Below, in pieces: positions 26,908 to 38,816 of a stretch of DNA of 61,685 nt; the first letter of the stretch is position 1, and each line of letters starts with the position of its first letter. The stretch spans positions 372,001 through 433,685 of the forward strand of contig JABVCE010000030.1 in the NCBI GenBank assembly GCA_014905635.1, read 5' to 3'. Source of the stretch: Scenedesmus sp. PABB004. Lineage: Eukaryota. The notes under the pieces were generated by a model. That model did no database searches. It worked only from the letters and a program-made list of their open reading frames with translations, and had not been told where the DNA came from. The translations under genes and the position numbers were made by a program.

Positions 26908-28292
26908 ATGTGGCCGGACCTGGAGAAGCGCGCGGAGGCGGTGCTCGCCGCAGCAGAGGCGGCCACGGCAGCCGCGGAGGCCGCGCACGCCGCGCTGGAG
27001 CCGCCCTGGGACGGTGGGCACCCTGATCAGCCGTCCCGGACTCGCAGCGCGGCGCCGCGCGCTCTGCACCACGCCGCGCCGCGCACGCCGCTGCCGCACC
27101 GCTCCGACGCGCGCCGCCGGCGTCCGCAGGCTACTGCGGCCTGGTGCGCGTCGCCGACGACGAGGAGCTGAAGGAGCGCGGCGTCATCCGCGCGGTGGTG
27201 CGCACAGCGCCGCCGCCGGAGCCAAAGCAGGAGCAGCACGCGCAGCAGCATCTGCCTCTGCAACCGCCAGCAGAGCAGCAGCAGCAGCAGCAGCAGCCGC
27301 AGCAGCAGCAGTCGCAGCAGTCACAGCAGCAGCAGTCACAGCAGCAGCACCAACAGCAGTTGCAACAGCAGTCTCAGCCACCCAATCACCACGCACAGCC
27401 CGCGCCGCCAGACCTGGTGAGCGCGCTGGCCGGCCTGGCGCTGGGGGACGGCTCCGACGCAGACGACTCGGACGGCGCCGGCGCGCCGAGCGGGCCCAGC
27501 TGGGTCGCCAGCTACCTTGCTCCGCCCGAGGAGGGCTCGGGCAGCGAGGCCGGCGATGCGCCAGGTGGTGGCGGCGGCGGCGGCAGCAGCAGTGGCGGCC
27601 TGCCGGGCGGCGCGTCGCAGCAGCAGCGCGAGCAGGAGGCGGCCGAGGAGGCGGCGCGGGTGGACACGCTGCTCCGCGCGGTGCTGGCCGAGGCAGAGGA
27701 GGAGGTGCGGCGCGAGGCGGAGCCGGCGGGAGGCCCGCTCAACGCGGGCGAGCCCCTGCGGTTGCAGGCGGCGGCAGCGGCGGCGGCCGCGCATGCAGAG
27801 GCGGAGGCGGCGGCTGCACCGCGGGCCCCGGATGCGGAGCAGTCGCTGGCGCTGGCGGCCGCGGGCGCGGGCGCGGTGGGTGACCTCATCAGCCTGGGCA
27901 GCAGCGGCGGCGGCAGCCCGACGGCCGGCGGCGAGGTCGCGGAGCTGCTGGCCGCGGCCGCGGACGCCGCAGCGCTCGACGCGGCGCTCGGCCACCTCGG
28001 CGGCGGCCTCGACGCGGCGGCGGCGCGCCCGCTGGGGGGCAGCGAGGCCGACGGCAGCAGCGGCAGCGGCGGCAGCAGCAGTGGCGGTAGCAGCGACGGG
28101 GCGAGCAGCTGCGACAGCGACGGGGAGGCGTGGGCGGACGAGCTGCCCGACGCGCCCAGCCACGCGGCGGTGGTCAAGCCGCCTGCAACGGCGCCGGGAC
28201 CGTCCGCCCAGCGGCGCAGGAAGCCGCGGCCAGGGCGCGGCGGCAGCGGCAGCAGGGGAGGGGGCACCGGCGGCAGCGGGCGCGGCGCGTGA
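26908..28292 (+). CDS. Hypothetical protein with poly-Q and acidic/Ala-rich low complexity
   Basis: MWPDLEKRAEAVLAAAE..PPWD, GT-AG intron at about 27014-27129, then GYCGLVRVADDEELKERGVIRAVVR.. open to TGA at 28292 with coding-like composition. The start is uncertain. Confidence 0.6.
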
Positions 28293-28639
28293 GGCGTGCG
28301 GAGCAAGTGTTGCAGCACCCAGCAGGCGCCATGGCGCGGCGGCCGCGGCAGAGCTGGCGCTAAGCTCAGCATCGTGGCCCGGCAGCTCGGCCCAGCTCGT
28401 TCGGCCCAACCGGGCCTGCAATCGCGACCGAAGGCGAGCGGGCGCGCGTGCTGTCGCGACCAGCGCGGCGGCGGCTGGCTGCGCCACGCGCTCGTGGGCC
28501 GGCGAGGGGACGTGCAGTCGCCTGTCCGCATCGCGCTGACGCGCGGAGGCCTGCCGCACGCCGCAGCCGCCACGCGAGCAGCGCTGTCGGAGCACCGGCG
28601 CGCCGCCGCGAGCTCGCGCTGAGCAGGACGCGCGCCGCC

Positions 28640-31600
28640 ATGGCCGACGGTGCGAAGATCGCGTCGCGGACCCGCGCCGCACGCCGCGCGGCCCGCGCCG
28701 CCGGCTGTCGGCGTCCGCGCATGCCGGGGCGCTCCCGAGCGTCTGCGGCCGCAGCGGGCGCTGCGCAGTCGCGAGACCGTCAGGCGCACTCCGTTGAGCA
28801 CGCCGCGACGCCGAGCGCCCGCTCACGCGCCGCGCCGCGCGCCCGACGGCGCCGCGCCGCTGCCGCCGCTGCCGCGCAGCCGGCGGCGCCGAGCCGGCCC
28901 CAAGCGCCCCCGCCGCGAGCCCGGCGCCGACCCCACGGCCGGCGTCATCGCCCCCGGCCTGCTGGACGAGGGCGGGCGGGCGGCGCTGCGCGCGGCGCAC
29001 GACGGCGCGGCGCCGTACACGCACCTCGTGCTGCGGGGCCTCGCGGACGAGGCCCTGCTGCGCCGCGTGCGAGACGAGGTCATCTCCAACGTGGCCGCCA
29101 CGTACAAGGAGACGGACCTGTTCAAGGTCTTCCAGACCGGCGACCTGGCCAACCTCGACGCGCTCGACCCCGACTCGGCGGCCAAGCTGCCCAACCTGCT
29201 CGCGCTGCGCGACGCGATCTACTCGACCACCTTCCGCAAGTGCGCCCGCCGCTGCGTCCGCCGCCGCGAGCAGCTGCCTCGACGGGCGCTGCGTGCAGCG
29301 GCGGGCCGCCGCCGCCGCGCGGTCACCCTCGCCTTTGCGCCGCCGCCGCCGCCGCCGCGCCGCTGCCTCGCCCGCAGGTTCATTGAGGACGTCACCGGCG
29401 TGGGCGGCCTCGACGACAAGACAGACCTCTCCTGCAACGTCTACGCCCAGGCGCGCCGCCGCGCACGGCGCCGCGGCACGGCGGAGCGCACGCGGGGGGC
29501 GGCCAGGGCGACAGACGCGCGCTCGGGGGCGGCGGGCGGGCGGGCGGGCGCGCCCCGGGCCTGGGCCGCGAGCCACCTGCCCTTCGCGCGCAGGGCGGGC
29601 ACCTGCTGAACCACGACGACGTCATTGGCACGCGCGCGGTGTCGTTCATTATCTATCTCACAGACCCCGACAACCCCTGGACTGCCGCCGACGGCGGCGC
29701 GCTGGAGCTGTACCCCCTGGTGGAGGGTGCGGGGGCTGCGCGCAGGGGGGGCGGCGGGCGTTGGGCGGGCGGCGGGCGGCGCGACGGGGGAGGGAGGGGC
29801 GCACGAGCCCGCGCACGCGGGCCGCGCCGGACGCGCCGCCGCCGCTGCCGCTCGCGCCGGCGGGCGCCGCAGGCAAGCCGCACACGCCCGACGTCACGCC
29901 GACGACGAGCCTCCTGCCGCACTGGAACAGCATGGCGCTGTTCGTCGTGCAGCCGGGGCGGAGCTTCCACTCGGTCCAGGAGGTGGTGAGCCGTGCCGCT
30001 GCCGCCGCCGCCGAGGCCTCCGCCCGCCTGCCGCCGCTCGCGCGCGCCCGCGTCCCCTGCTCGCCCCTCCATCTGAGCTGCCCTTGTCCGCCTTGCAAGG
30101 TGTCGGCCGACAAGCCCCGCTTCAGCATCAGCGGCTGGTACCACAAGGCCGCGCCGCAGGCGGGCGCGCAGCACGCGTCGCTGCAGCAGCTGCAGATGCG
30201 CGCGGGCGAGGACGCGCTGCAGGGGCACGCCGAGTTTGAGGGTGAGGGCGCGTGAGGGGCGTGGCGCCAGCGCGGCGGCGGCGCGCCGGCTGGGGTGCCA
30301 GCGCCGACGCGGCGGCCGCGCCCGCCCGCGCGCCGGCGCGGCGCAGGCGGGCCGACCGGCGCCGAGCTGAGCGACGCTGACCTGGCGCTGCTGCGGCGCT
30401 GGATCAACCCGGCGTACCTGAAGCCCGAGTCTTGGGCCAAGGCGCGGCGCGGCGCGCGCCAGCTTGCGCCGAGGCTGCTTGCGCGCCGGGGCGCGGCGAG
30501 GGCTGCGGAGCAGGGGCGGCGCGGGCAGGGGCGGCGCGCGTGGCGCGGCGCGCTGAGCCGAGCTGGGCCGCGTCGGCCGGCCGCGCCGCAGGTCGGCGCG
30601 GCGATGGAGGCGGACGGCAGCGTGCAGCTGCAGCGCTTCCTCGCCGCCGACGTGGCGGCCCAGATTGCGGCGGCCACGGCCGCCGCCGACGCGGCGCAGG
30701 GCGTCGGCGGCGGCGCGATCCCGCCGTTTGACGCCGGCTGCAGCGACGGTGGGCGCCGCGTGCACGGGCCCGCGGCGGGGGCGGCGGGCCGGGCGCTGCC
30801 CGCGGGCGGCGCGGTGCTGCCAGCTCTGAGCCCCCCGGGCGCCGGCGCGCCGCCGCCGCCCGCCGCGCGAGCAGGGTGGGAGGCGGTGGGCCCGCCCCAC
30901 AAGCAGCGATACCTCCGCTACGCCGGCCCGCCCCGCACGCCCGGCGCCGCCGCGGCCGCCAACGGCGGCGCCGACGGCGGCGCGGCCAAGGCCGCCAACG
31001 GCGCGGCCGGCGCCGACGCCACCGGGCCGGGCGCGCTGCTCGCGGGCGTCAGGTCGGAGCTGTTTGAGAGCGGCGCGTTTGCGCGGCTGCTGCGGGCGAT
31101 GCTCGGCGTCGACGTGCTGCGCCACGCGGGCGAGGTCCGGCGCTTCCGCGCGGGTGGGTGCGGCGCCCGCCGCCCAGGCTGCACGCCGCGCTGCGCCGCG
31201 CGCGCCCCGGCCCGAGCGCCGCGCGGCGCGCTCGACGCGCCGCGCCGTGCTGCGCCGCGCCGCGCCCTGCTGCGGCCAGGGCTCGACTACACCGTCGCGC
31301 ACTACGGCATCATCACCTCGGCGCCGCGCCTCGACTGCGTGCTGTCGTTCGTCGACGACGCCGGCGGCGGCGACGCGGCGCAGGGCTGGGCCGTCGGCGA
31401 GGTGCGCCGCGCTGGTGGTTCTCGCGCGCGCCGCGAGCGCTCGGCACGCCCCGCGAGGACGACACCGCGCGTCGCCACGCTCGCCACCGTGACGCGCTCC
31501 TGACCTCGCCCCGCTGCTGCTCGGGCAGGTGGGCGGCTTTGAGGCGTACCTGCTGGCCGACGACGAGGAGGAGGGCGCCGGCGGCGCAGCCGCGGTCTAC

Positions 31601-32099
31601 CGCCAGGCGCGCGGCGCAGCGCACGGCGCGCGGCCCGCCCGCCCCCCGTGTGTGAAGCGCGGCCGCGGCGCTGCGCTGCGCACACGCGCGCCGCCGCCGC
31701 CGCCGCCGCTGGCTTGCAGGACGGCAACGACAGCGCCGTCATCAACGTTCCTGCCGCGTGCAACACCCTCAACCTGCTCATGCGCGACGCGGGGCTGATG
31801 CGGTTCGTCAAATACGTCTCCGCCGCCGCGCCGGGCAGCAGGTGCGGGTGCTGCGCGGCGGCGCGGGCGCTGCGCGGGCGGGCGGCGGGCGCGGCGCGCG
31901 CGGCGCCGCGGCGCGGCCGCCCCCGGCAGCCCAGCGCGCGCGCGCGCGCGCGCGGCGCGGCGGCAGGTGGGACGTGGCGATGGAGTACGTGCCGGAAGAC
32001 GACGGCGTGGACCCGCCGCTGCCCGACTCGCCCGAGGGCGGCGGCGCGGAGGGCGCAGACGGCGGGGAGGCTGCGGAGCCGGGCGCCGGCGATGCGTGA
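28640..32099 (+). CDS. OGFOD1: Prolyl 3-hydroxylase OGFOD1/Tpa1 (2OG-Fe(II) dioxygenase plus Ofd1 C-terminal domain), about 13 exons
   Basis: PYTHLVL, KETDLFKVFQTGDLANL, LRDAIYS..FR.FIEDVTG, HLLNHDDVIGTRAVSFIIYL (HxD), GGALELYP, QPGRSFHSVQEV (distal His), RFSISGWYH, WINPAYL, GPPHKQRY, RRFRAGLDYTVA, VGGFEAYL, NTLNLLMRDAGLMRFVKYVSAAAPGSRWDV. Confidence 0.93.
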
Positions 32100-32260
32100 G
32101 GGGCTTGGGGCGGAGCGGTTTTGTGGCGGCGCGCGGCCGTGTGGCGCGTGGTAATGGCAGCCGCCACGCGCGGGCCCGCGCGCCCGTGCAGCAGCGCCCG
32201 CCGCATCCGCGCGCCGCGACCTGCCGCGACGGCGCCGCCCTCGGCCGCCGCTGCAGCGCC

Positions 32261-33515
32261 ATGCAGTCGCTCGACGAGGCCACGCTGCGGCACGTCATGG
32301 TCTCCATGACCACCAATGATCGGTGCGGCGCCCTCCCGCGATCTCCACGGCCCGCGCCGTCGCTGCCGCGCACGCACCACCGCGCACCGCCGCGCGCAGC
32401 GCACTGCAGCGGGCCACCGCGGACACGTATCTCACGCCAGACGTCCGCTTCACGCACATTCTAGGGGACGCCAAGGCGCGCAGGGTGCCGCCGCGGCCCA
32501 TGCGCCGCTGCCTGCGCCTTGTGAGCCCGCCGCCGCCGCCGCAGGGGCGCGAGGCCGTGTACGGCGTCTACCGGGCCGCCGTCACGGGTGAGCGGGCGCG
32601 CCAGGGGCGGGGGCCGAGGCGGGCACGGCCACGCAGCACGCGCCGAGGCGCGGCGCAGCGCCGGCGCCGCCGGCGGGGTGGCTGCGGCGCCCATGGGCGC
32701 CAGCAGCGGCCCCGCAGCCGCCAGCAGCAGCCGCCCAGAACGCAACATTCGCAACCAACCTCAGGCCTGAACTACCGGCTGCGCTTCATCGACGCCGTGC
32801 TCGGGCGGGACGAGCGCTCGGCCGCTGTCGTCGTCGACCTCAACCTGCGCCTCCCTCCGCTCTGGCTGCGCCGCTACCACCTGCCAACGGTCGTGCTGCT
32901 CAAGCTCCGCCGCGGCGACGACGGCCTGTGAGCGCGCACTCGCGCGCGCCGGCGCGCCAGCGCCGAGCGCGCGCCGCGAGGGGCTCGCGAGCGCGGCGGC
33001 GGCGCTCGCAGGCTGCGCATCTGCGAGCAGGTGGACCACCACTCGGTGCTGACCGTGATGTGGGCCCTGGGCTGGCCGGTGAGCCCGGTCTTCGACGACA
33101 TCGTCCGCCCCGCGGGCGGCTGGCTGCTCAGCCGCACCGGCTGGGCGGTCGACGCGGCAGCGGACGCGCTGCGCGAGCTCACGGCGCCCGCGCTCGCGGC
33201 GCTCCCGGCGTGGGCCGCGCGCTGGGTCGCGGCGCCGGCGCGCGGCGGCAGCGGCGAGCCTGCCACTGCCGGGCGGCAGCTGGACGGCGCCGCCACGGGA
33301 GCGGGGGCCGCGCCCGCCAAGGACGAGGCAGGTGGGCGGCGTCAGTGTTGCCGCGCGCGCCCCGTGCCCCCACCGTGCGGCCGCGTGCTGACGCGCCGCC
33401 GCGTGCAGACACGTGGCTGCAGGACCTGCAGCGGCTGGCGCCGGCGCCGCCCGACAACGGCGAGGCGGGCAGCAGCATGAGCCAGCAGCGCGCGCAGTAC
33501 TGGAGCGTTTCGTGA
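32261..33515 (+). CDS. NTF2/SnoaL-like fold protein, 6 exons
   Basis: Spliced product DTYLTPDVRFTHILGDAK/GREAVYGVYRAAV..VVVDLNLRL..VVLLKL..LRICEQVDHHS fits the NTF2-like pattern (D..F.H..GR..V..Y ... I..Q.D). Five introns with sound boundaries. Confidence 0.7.
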
Positions 33516-33731
33516 GCTGCGCCTGCTGAGCTGCGGGGCGCTGGCTGCGGCGACAGGGGAGTTCAGCCGTTGTCGATTGGTGGCGCAGCCGAGGTGTTAC
33601 TGAGCTGCCGGCGTCACCAAAACCCCGCCGCTGCCGCCGCCTCGGCGAGGCCGGGCACCGGTGCTGGAACGAGCGGCCGCCGCTCACAGCACAGGCGCCG
33701 TCACTCCAGGCGCACTGGCCTCGCGCCGTGC

Positions 33732-35943
33732 TCACTCGCCGCCCACGCGCACCGACAGCTGCGCGCGCACCGACTGCCGCAGCGACGCCAGCGTCGCATG
33801 CAGCTGCGCCAGCTGCTCCTCCTCGGGCGCAGCGCCCTCCGCCGCCGCCCTGGCCTGCTCTGCGCGCGGCTCGTCGCCGCCGCCGTGCAGGAGCTCGCCG
33901 GAGCGCACGCTGCCGGCGCCCTCGGCGCTGAAGCGCTGCCGCAGGCTGCTGCGCGCGGGCTCGAGCGTGCCGGCCGCCAGCAGCCAGTCGCCGGGCGCCA
34001 GGCCCGGGCTGCCCGCCACGCTGAACGGCGAGGCCTTGCGGCCGGCCGCGAGCGGCGACGCCGCCAGCTTGTCCACAAAGCCCAGCAGCGGGGGCCGCTT
34101 CTTCGCGGAGCTGCGCGGCGCCGGGCTTGCCGCGCCCGCGTCGGGCAGCAGGCTCCCGATGCAGTGCAGCTGCTCCTCCGCCTGCTGCGCGGCCAGGTGG
34201 AGCGCGTGGGCGGCCGCGACCTCCTCCAAGACGGGCAGCAGCCCCGGCTGGTCGTCCTCCGCCTCGCCGTCCGAGCCCGAGCACGCGCGGTCCAGGTCGA
34301 GGTGAGACGCGGCGCCGGCCGCGGCGGGTGGCGCCGCCTGCATCATCGCTGCTGCCGCCCGGCCGCCGCTGCCGCTGCCGCCGCCGCTGGTGGACAGGTC
34401 GCTCATGCTGAGCTGCCCTGCCCCCGGGTCGGCGCGCCACTCGCCGCCATCCAGCGGCACCAGGAAGCCCGCCGGCCGCTCGCAGGCGGTGGGGGCGGGG
34501 ACCGCGGCCGGTCCCCGGAGCTCCGGGGAGGCGCCCCTGCCGCCGCGGGCGCTCGGGCAGGCGCCGCCGCCGCTGACCGCCGCGGGCGCGGAGCCGGCGG
34601 CGGCTCGCCCCAGGCTGTCGCCCCGTGCGAGGCTCGGGATGCGGCTCGGGCAGCGGCTCGCGGCGGCCGCGACGCAGCCCGCCACGCTGCCTGCGCGCCC
34701 GCCGAGGCTGCCCGCGCGCCCGCACAGGCTCGCCGCGCGGCTGAGGCTGGCGCCGGCGAGGCTGCAGGCGCGGCTGAGGCCAGCCGAGCCGGCCGGGCCG
34801 GCGCTGCAGAACTGGCTGTCGCTGAGGCTGCCGGCGCGGCTGAACGTGCCGCCCGTGCCCGCGACGCTGCCCGCGATGAACACGCCAGCCCCGCTGCCCG
34901 CGCGGCTGAGGCTGCCGCTGCCACCGAAGCTGCCGCCAAGGCTGCCGCCAAAGCTGCCGCCAAAGCTGCCGCCAAAGCTGCCGCCAAAGCTGCCGCCGCT
35001 GCGGGCGCTGCTCATCCGCGCCAGCTCCCGCTGCCTGCGGGCGGATTGGTGGCAGGTCAGCGCGGCGCTCGGCACGTGGCCGCTGTGTCCCTTGCACCCG
35101 CTGCGCGTTGCGGCGCTCGGCGCGTGGCCGGGCACCCCGCCCCCTGACGCCGTGCAGCGCGCGGCACTCACTGCTGCTGCCGGCGCACTGCGTCCTCGTA
35201 CAGCAGCTCGTGCCGGCTGCACCCCGCCGCCGGCTGCGTGCGCGCAAACGGGCTGCTGGAGCCAGCGCCGGCACTGCCGGCGCTGGCGCCTGCGCCGCGC
35301 TTGGCGGCGAGCCGCGCGCTGTAGGTGTTGACTGCCGGCTTGAACGTGCACACGCGGCGCTCCTCCGCCTCGCGCGCCGCGCGCAGGCGCTCCAGCTTCT
35401 GGGCCGTCCTGAGGTGGCCTGGCGAGGCAACAGAAGGGCAGGCGTGTGGGCGGGCCGTGAGCTTGCCAGCAACGCCGGCCCTGGCCGCGCAACGCCGCGC
35501 TGCCGCCGCTGCGCACTCGTCTGCAGGCGCTCCAACGCGCTTGCGTCGCCGCCCTGCGGCGCGCGCGCGCGCGTGAGCCGCGCGGCGGCTGCTGCGTGCG
35601 CTGCAGCGCGGCGCGCGCGCGCCGCGGCCGCCACCTGGGGGCCGCCGCAGCCCTGCGCCTCCTCGATCGTGTCCAGCCGGCTGCTGGCGCGCTTGGCGAG
35701 CCACGCCGTGGCGCCGCCGCCGCCCCCGCCCTCGGGCGCGAGGCGCGGCAGGCTGGACGCGACGTGCTCCTCCAGGCCCTTGGCCGCGGCTGGCGCGAGG
35801 CCGTGCCGCGCGGCGAACGCGCGCACGACCGCCGCGGGCTCGTCGCCCTCGCGCACGAGCAGCGACTCGGAGCGGCCGGGGGCAATCTCCACGCGCGTCA
35901 CCAGCAGCGGCGGCGGCGCCTCTGCCCTCCGCGCCGCCGCCAT
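33732..35943 (-). CDS. Hypothetical protein: small N-terminal domain, CTFKPxVN and LYEDA motifs, GGSF repeats
   Basis: LLVTRVEIAPGRSESLLVREGDEPAAVVRAFAARHGL; KLERLRAAREAEERRVCTFKPAVNTYSARLA; RHELLYEDAVRRQQ; three GT-AG introns; stop at 33732. Confidence 0.7.
34926..34997 (-). repeat. 12-bp tandem repeat x6 encoding (GGSF/L)6
   Basis: Plus-strand unit AAAGCTGCCGCC and close variants, six copies. Confidence 0.9.
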
Positions 35944-36657
35944 CGTCGCCGCCGACCAGCAGCGAGCAGCGCCACTGGCCGGGCTTGCGCGCGGCTCTGG
36001 AGGCTGCGCCTGGCCACGAGCTGGCGAACACGTGCGTTTAGAGCTCGTGGGCCACTCCCCAGGAGACCAGCGCCGCGGGTGACGGCCGGAGTCCGGGGAG
36101 ATGCTGAGCAGCAAGCTGCGTTGAGGCTGGCCCGGCGCGACGCGGGCGCGCAGCTGGCACGCACGGCTGGCGATGAGCTGCGCGCGCGCTCACGGAAGCG
36201 GTGACGGGCTCCCGGGCGCTGCTGTTACTGGCGCCGCCGCACCAGGCGGGCAGTTTTTGCGCGCAGCGCCGACCTGCGCCGCCGCGCCAGGCGTGCGTAG
36301 CCTTGCAAGAACGGAACGAGTAAGGCGATGCGAGAGTCGCGCTGGCACGACGCGCGCCGCGCACGCCGCGCGCAGCACGCCGCGCGCACGAGCCGGCGTC
36401 GCGGCGGCCCTGGATGGGCTGCCTGCGCCCAGGGCCAACGGCACAGCCAGAGCGTGCCGGCTCGCCTCTGCAGTCGAGCGCACGAGCGCGCGGTGGCTAC
36501 TCGCGGCGGCCACGCGCGGAGGGCACCGAGAGTCTGCGGCCGCCCGGTCCGCGGCACGGACGCCGACGAGGGCGCGGGCCTCGGGCGGAGCCGCAAGGCC
36601 GTGAGGGAAACAAAGGGTGGCGCGTGCGCACGCACGCGCTGCCGGCGCCCGCGGCCG

Positions 36658-38394
36658 TCACGCGATCGCAAGCCCCGCCATGCCGGCGGCCGCCGCCGCG
36701 AGCGCCGCGCCGCCGCCGCCGCCGCCATCCTGCTGGGCGGCGGGCCGGCGCTTGGCGTAGCGCCGCGAGGGCGCCGGCGGCGCCGCCTCCCCGCCCGCCG
36801 CGGCGCTGCTGCCCGCCGCGGCGCTGCTGCCGGCCGCGGCGGGCGCCGGCGTCGGCGCGCCGTCGCTGCTGCCCGGCGCCGCATTGGGCCGCCACATCAC
36901 CTGCACGGCGCCCGCGGGCTCGGGGGCGCTGCCAGCGGTCCGGCCCCTGCCCCGGCCGCGGCCCCTGGCGCCGCCCCCGCCGCTCAGGCCCGCCGCCGTC
37001 GCCGCTGTGCTGGAGCCCGGCTCGTCGCTGCCGCGAGCGACCGCCGGTGAGCCGCCGCGCGGGGCGGGCTCGGCCAGCTCGCCGCCGAGTGGCTGCCTGC
37101 TGCTCGAGCCGCCGCGCCCCTTGCCGCGCGGGCGGCGCCTGCTGGCGCCGGCGCCCTCGGCCTCAGCCGCCGCGTCGCCCTCGCCTGGTGCCGCGCCGCC
37201 CGCCACGGCCAGCGCGGCAGCGCGGCGCCGGCCGGCGCCGGCGCCCTCGGCCTCAGCCGGCGCCGCTGCACCGCCCTTGCCTGGTCCGGCCCCGGCTGTG
37301 GCGGGCGGCGCGGCGGCGCGGCCCCTGCCGCGGCCGCGGCCGCGCCCGCTGCCGCCCGCCGCCGCAGGCGCCCCGCCAGCGCTGTCGGCGCCGCCAGCTG
37401 CCGAGCCGCCGGCGCCGCCAGCTGCCGAGCCGCCGGCGCCGTCAGCCGCTGCCGGGCCGCCGCCGTCGCCGCTGGCGGGCGCCGCCTGCTTGGGCGCCGG
37501 CTTGCGGCGCCGCCGTGGCGCCGCAGCATCGCCCGGCGCGCGGTCAGCGCCAGCGGCGCCGCCCTCCGCCGCAGGCGCCCCGCCAGCGATGTCGGCGCCG
37601 CCAGCTGCCGAGCCGCCGGCCCTGTCAGCCGCTGCCGGGCCGCCGCCGTCGCCGCTGGCGGGCGCCGCCTGCTTGGGCGCCGGCTTGCGGCGCCGCCGTG
37701 GCACCGCCGCGGCGTCGCCCGGCGCGCGGTCAGCGCCAGCGGCGCCGGCCGCCGCCGCCGCGCCCTGGCCCTGGCGCGGCGGCTCCGGCGCGCTCGGCAC
37801 GTCGCCCGCGCCCCCGGCGTCGCCGTCGCCGGCGCTGGGCGGGCGGCGCAGCAGCGTGACGCGCGCGCCGTTGGCGCCCGGCGTCGGCTTGCGCACCGGC
37901 CGCCAGAGCTCTGCGACCGCGTCGGTCGCCGCCGCCACCGCATCGCTCACGTGCAGCTCGCCGCCCTCGGCGCCGCCGCGGCCGCTAGCGCGCCCTCGCC
38001 TCCGCTCCCGCACCCGCTCGCCGCCGCCGGCGCCGCCGCGCGCAGGCCGGCCCGGCGCGGCAGCGGCAGCGCCGCCGCCCACGGCGTCCTCCTCGCCCGC
38101 CGCGCCCGGGGCGCTGCTGCCGCTCGCGGCGCCGCCGCCGCGCTGCCGCAGCCTGGCGGGCCGCCGCCGCCGTGCCGCCTGGCCGGCGGCGGCGCCGTCC
38201 GGCGCGACCTCGTGGTGGTGGTGGTGCTGCTGCGGCTGCTGCGCGCCGCCGGCGGCGTCGGCCTCGAGGTCGCTGCTCGCCTCCTCGTCCTCCGAGTCCA
38301 GCGCCAGGTTCGTGGCGGCGTGCGCGCTGCGCTGGTGCTCGGCCAGCGCGTCGCGCGCGGCCAGCTTGGCGCCGCACAGGGAGCACACAAACAT
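36658..38394 (-). CDS. Single C2H2 zinc-finger protein with long disordered RG-rich tail (single exon)
   Basis: MFVCSLCGAKLAARDALAEHQRSAH matches F.C..C...(12)..H....H; followed by acidic DSEDEE, RGRGRGR tracts and basic RRRRKP segments; open to TGA at 36658. Confidence 0.75.
   Translation of the reverse strand: MFVCSLCGAKLAARDALAEHQRSAHAATNLALDSEDEEASSDLEADAAGGAQQPQQHHHHHEVAPDGAAAGQAARRRRPARLRQRGGGAASGSSAPGAAGEEDAVGGGAAAAAPGRPARGGAGGGERVRERRRGRASGRGGAEGGELHVSDAVAAATDAVAELWRPVRKPTPGANGARVTLLRRPPSAGDGDAGGAGDVPSAPEPPRQGQGAAAAAGAAGADRAPGDAAAVPRRRRKPAPKQAAPASGDGGGPAAADRAGGSAAGGADIAGGAPAAEGGAAGADRAPGDAAAPRRRRKPAPKQAAPASGDGGGPAAADGAGGSAAGGAGGSAAGGADSAGGAPAAAGGSGRGRGRGRGRAAAPPATAGAGPGKGGAAAPAEAEGAGAGRRRAAALAVAGGAAPGEGDAAAEAEGAGASRRRPRGKGRGGSSSRQPLGGELAEPAPRGGSPAVARGSDEPGSSTAATAAGLSGGGGARGRGRGRGRTAGSAPEPAGAVQVMWRPNAAPGSSDGAPTPAPAAAGSSAAAGSSAAAGGEAAPPAPSRRYAKRRPAAQQDGGGGGGAALAAAAAGMAGLAIA
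37366..37748. repeat. About 183-bp tandem duplication inside the zinc-finger gene
   Basis: GTCAGCCGCTGCCGGGCCGCCGCCGTCGCCGCTGGCGGGCGCCGCCTGCTTGGGCGCCGGCTTGCGG starts at both 37441 and 37624; peptide ADRAPGDAAA(V)PRRRRKPAPKQAAPASGDGGGPAAAD occurs twice. Confidence 0.9.
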
Positions 38395-38816
38395 GGCGGC
38401 GCGGGCCGCGCACGCGCTCCGCTGCTGCCGCTGCCGCTGCCGCTGCTGCCGCCGCCGCTGCCTGCTGCCTGCTGCTCCCTGCTTGTTCCCCTGCTGCCTC
38501 CCCCGCGAGGGGCGATCGCCGCGGGCGACGGGAGTGCGCCGGCGCGGAGCAGAGGCGGCCTGGAGCCTCGGCCTCGAGCCCTGGCGCGTTTTTTGGCACC
38601 GCAGCTGGCGAGGCCCAAGGCCGGCGCGCCAAGCGCTGTGCCGTGCTCCCGACAGCCGGGCGCGACGCCCCGACGGCCGCGGGCGGAGGCGCGGCAGCAG
38701 CAGCACTCGCGCGCGCGCCCACCCGCACAGCCCCGCGCGCGGCGACCGGCCCGGGGCCCCCAACGACTAGCCGCGCCCTGATCTACCGCCTCGCCGGGCG
38801 CCGCGCCTCCAGCGCC

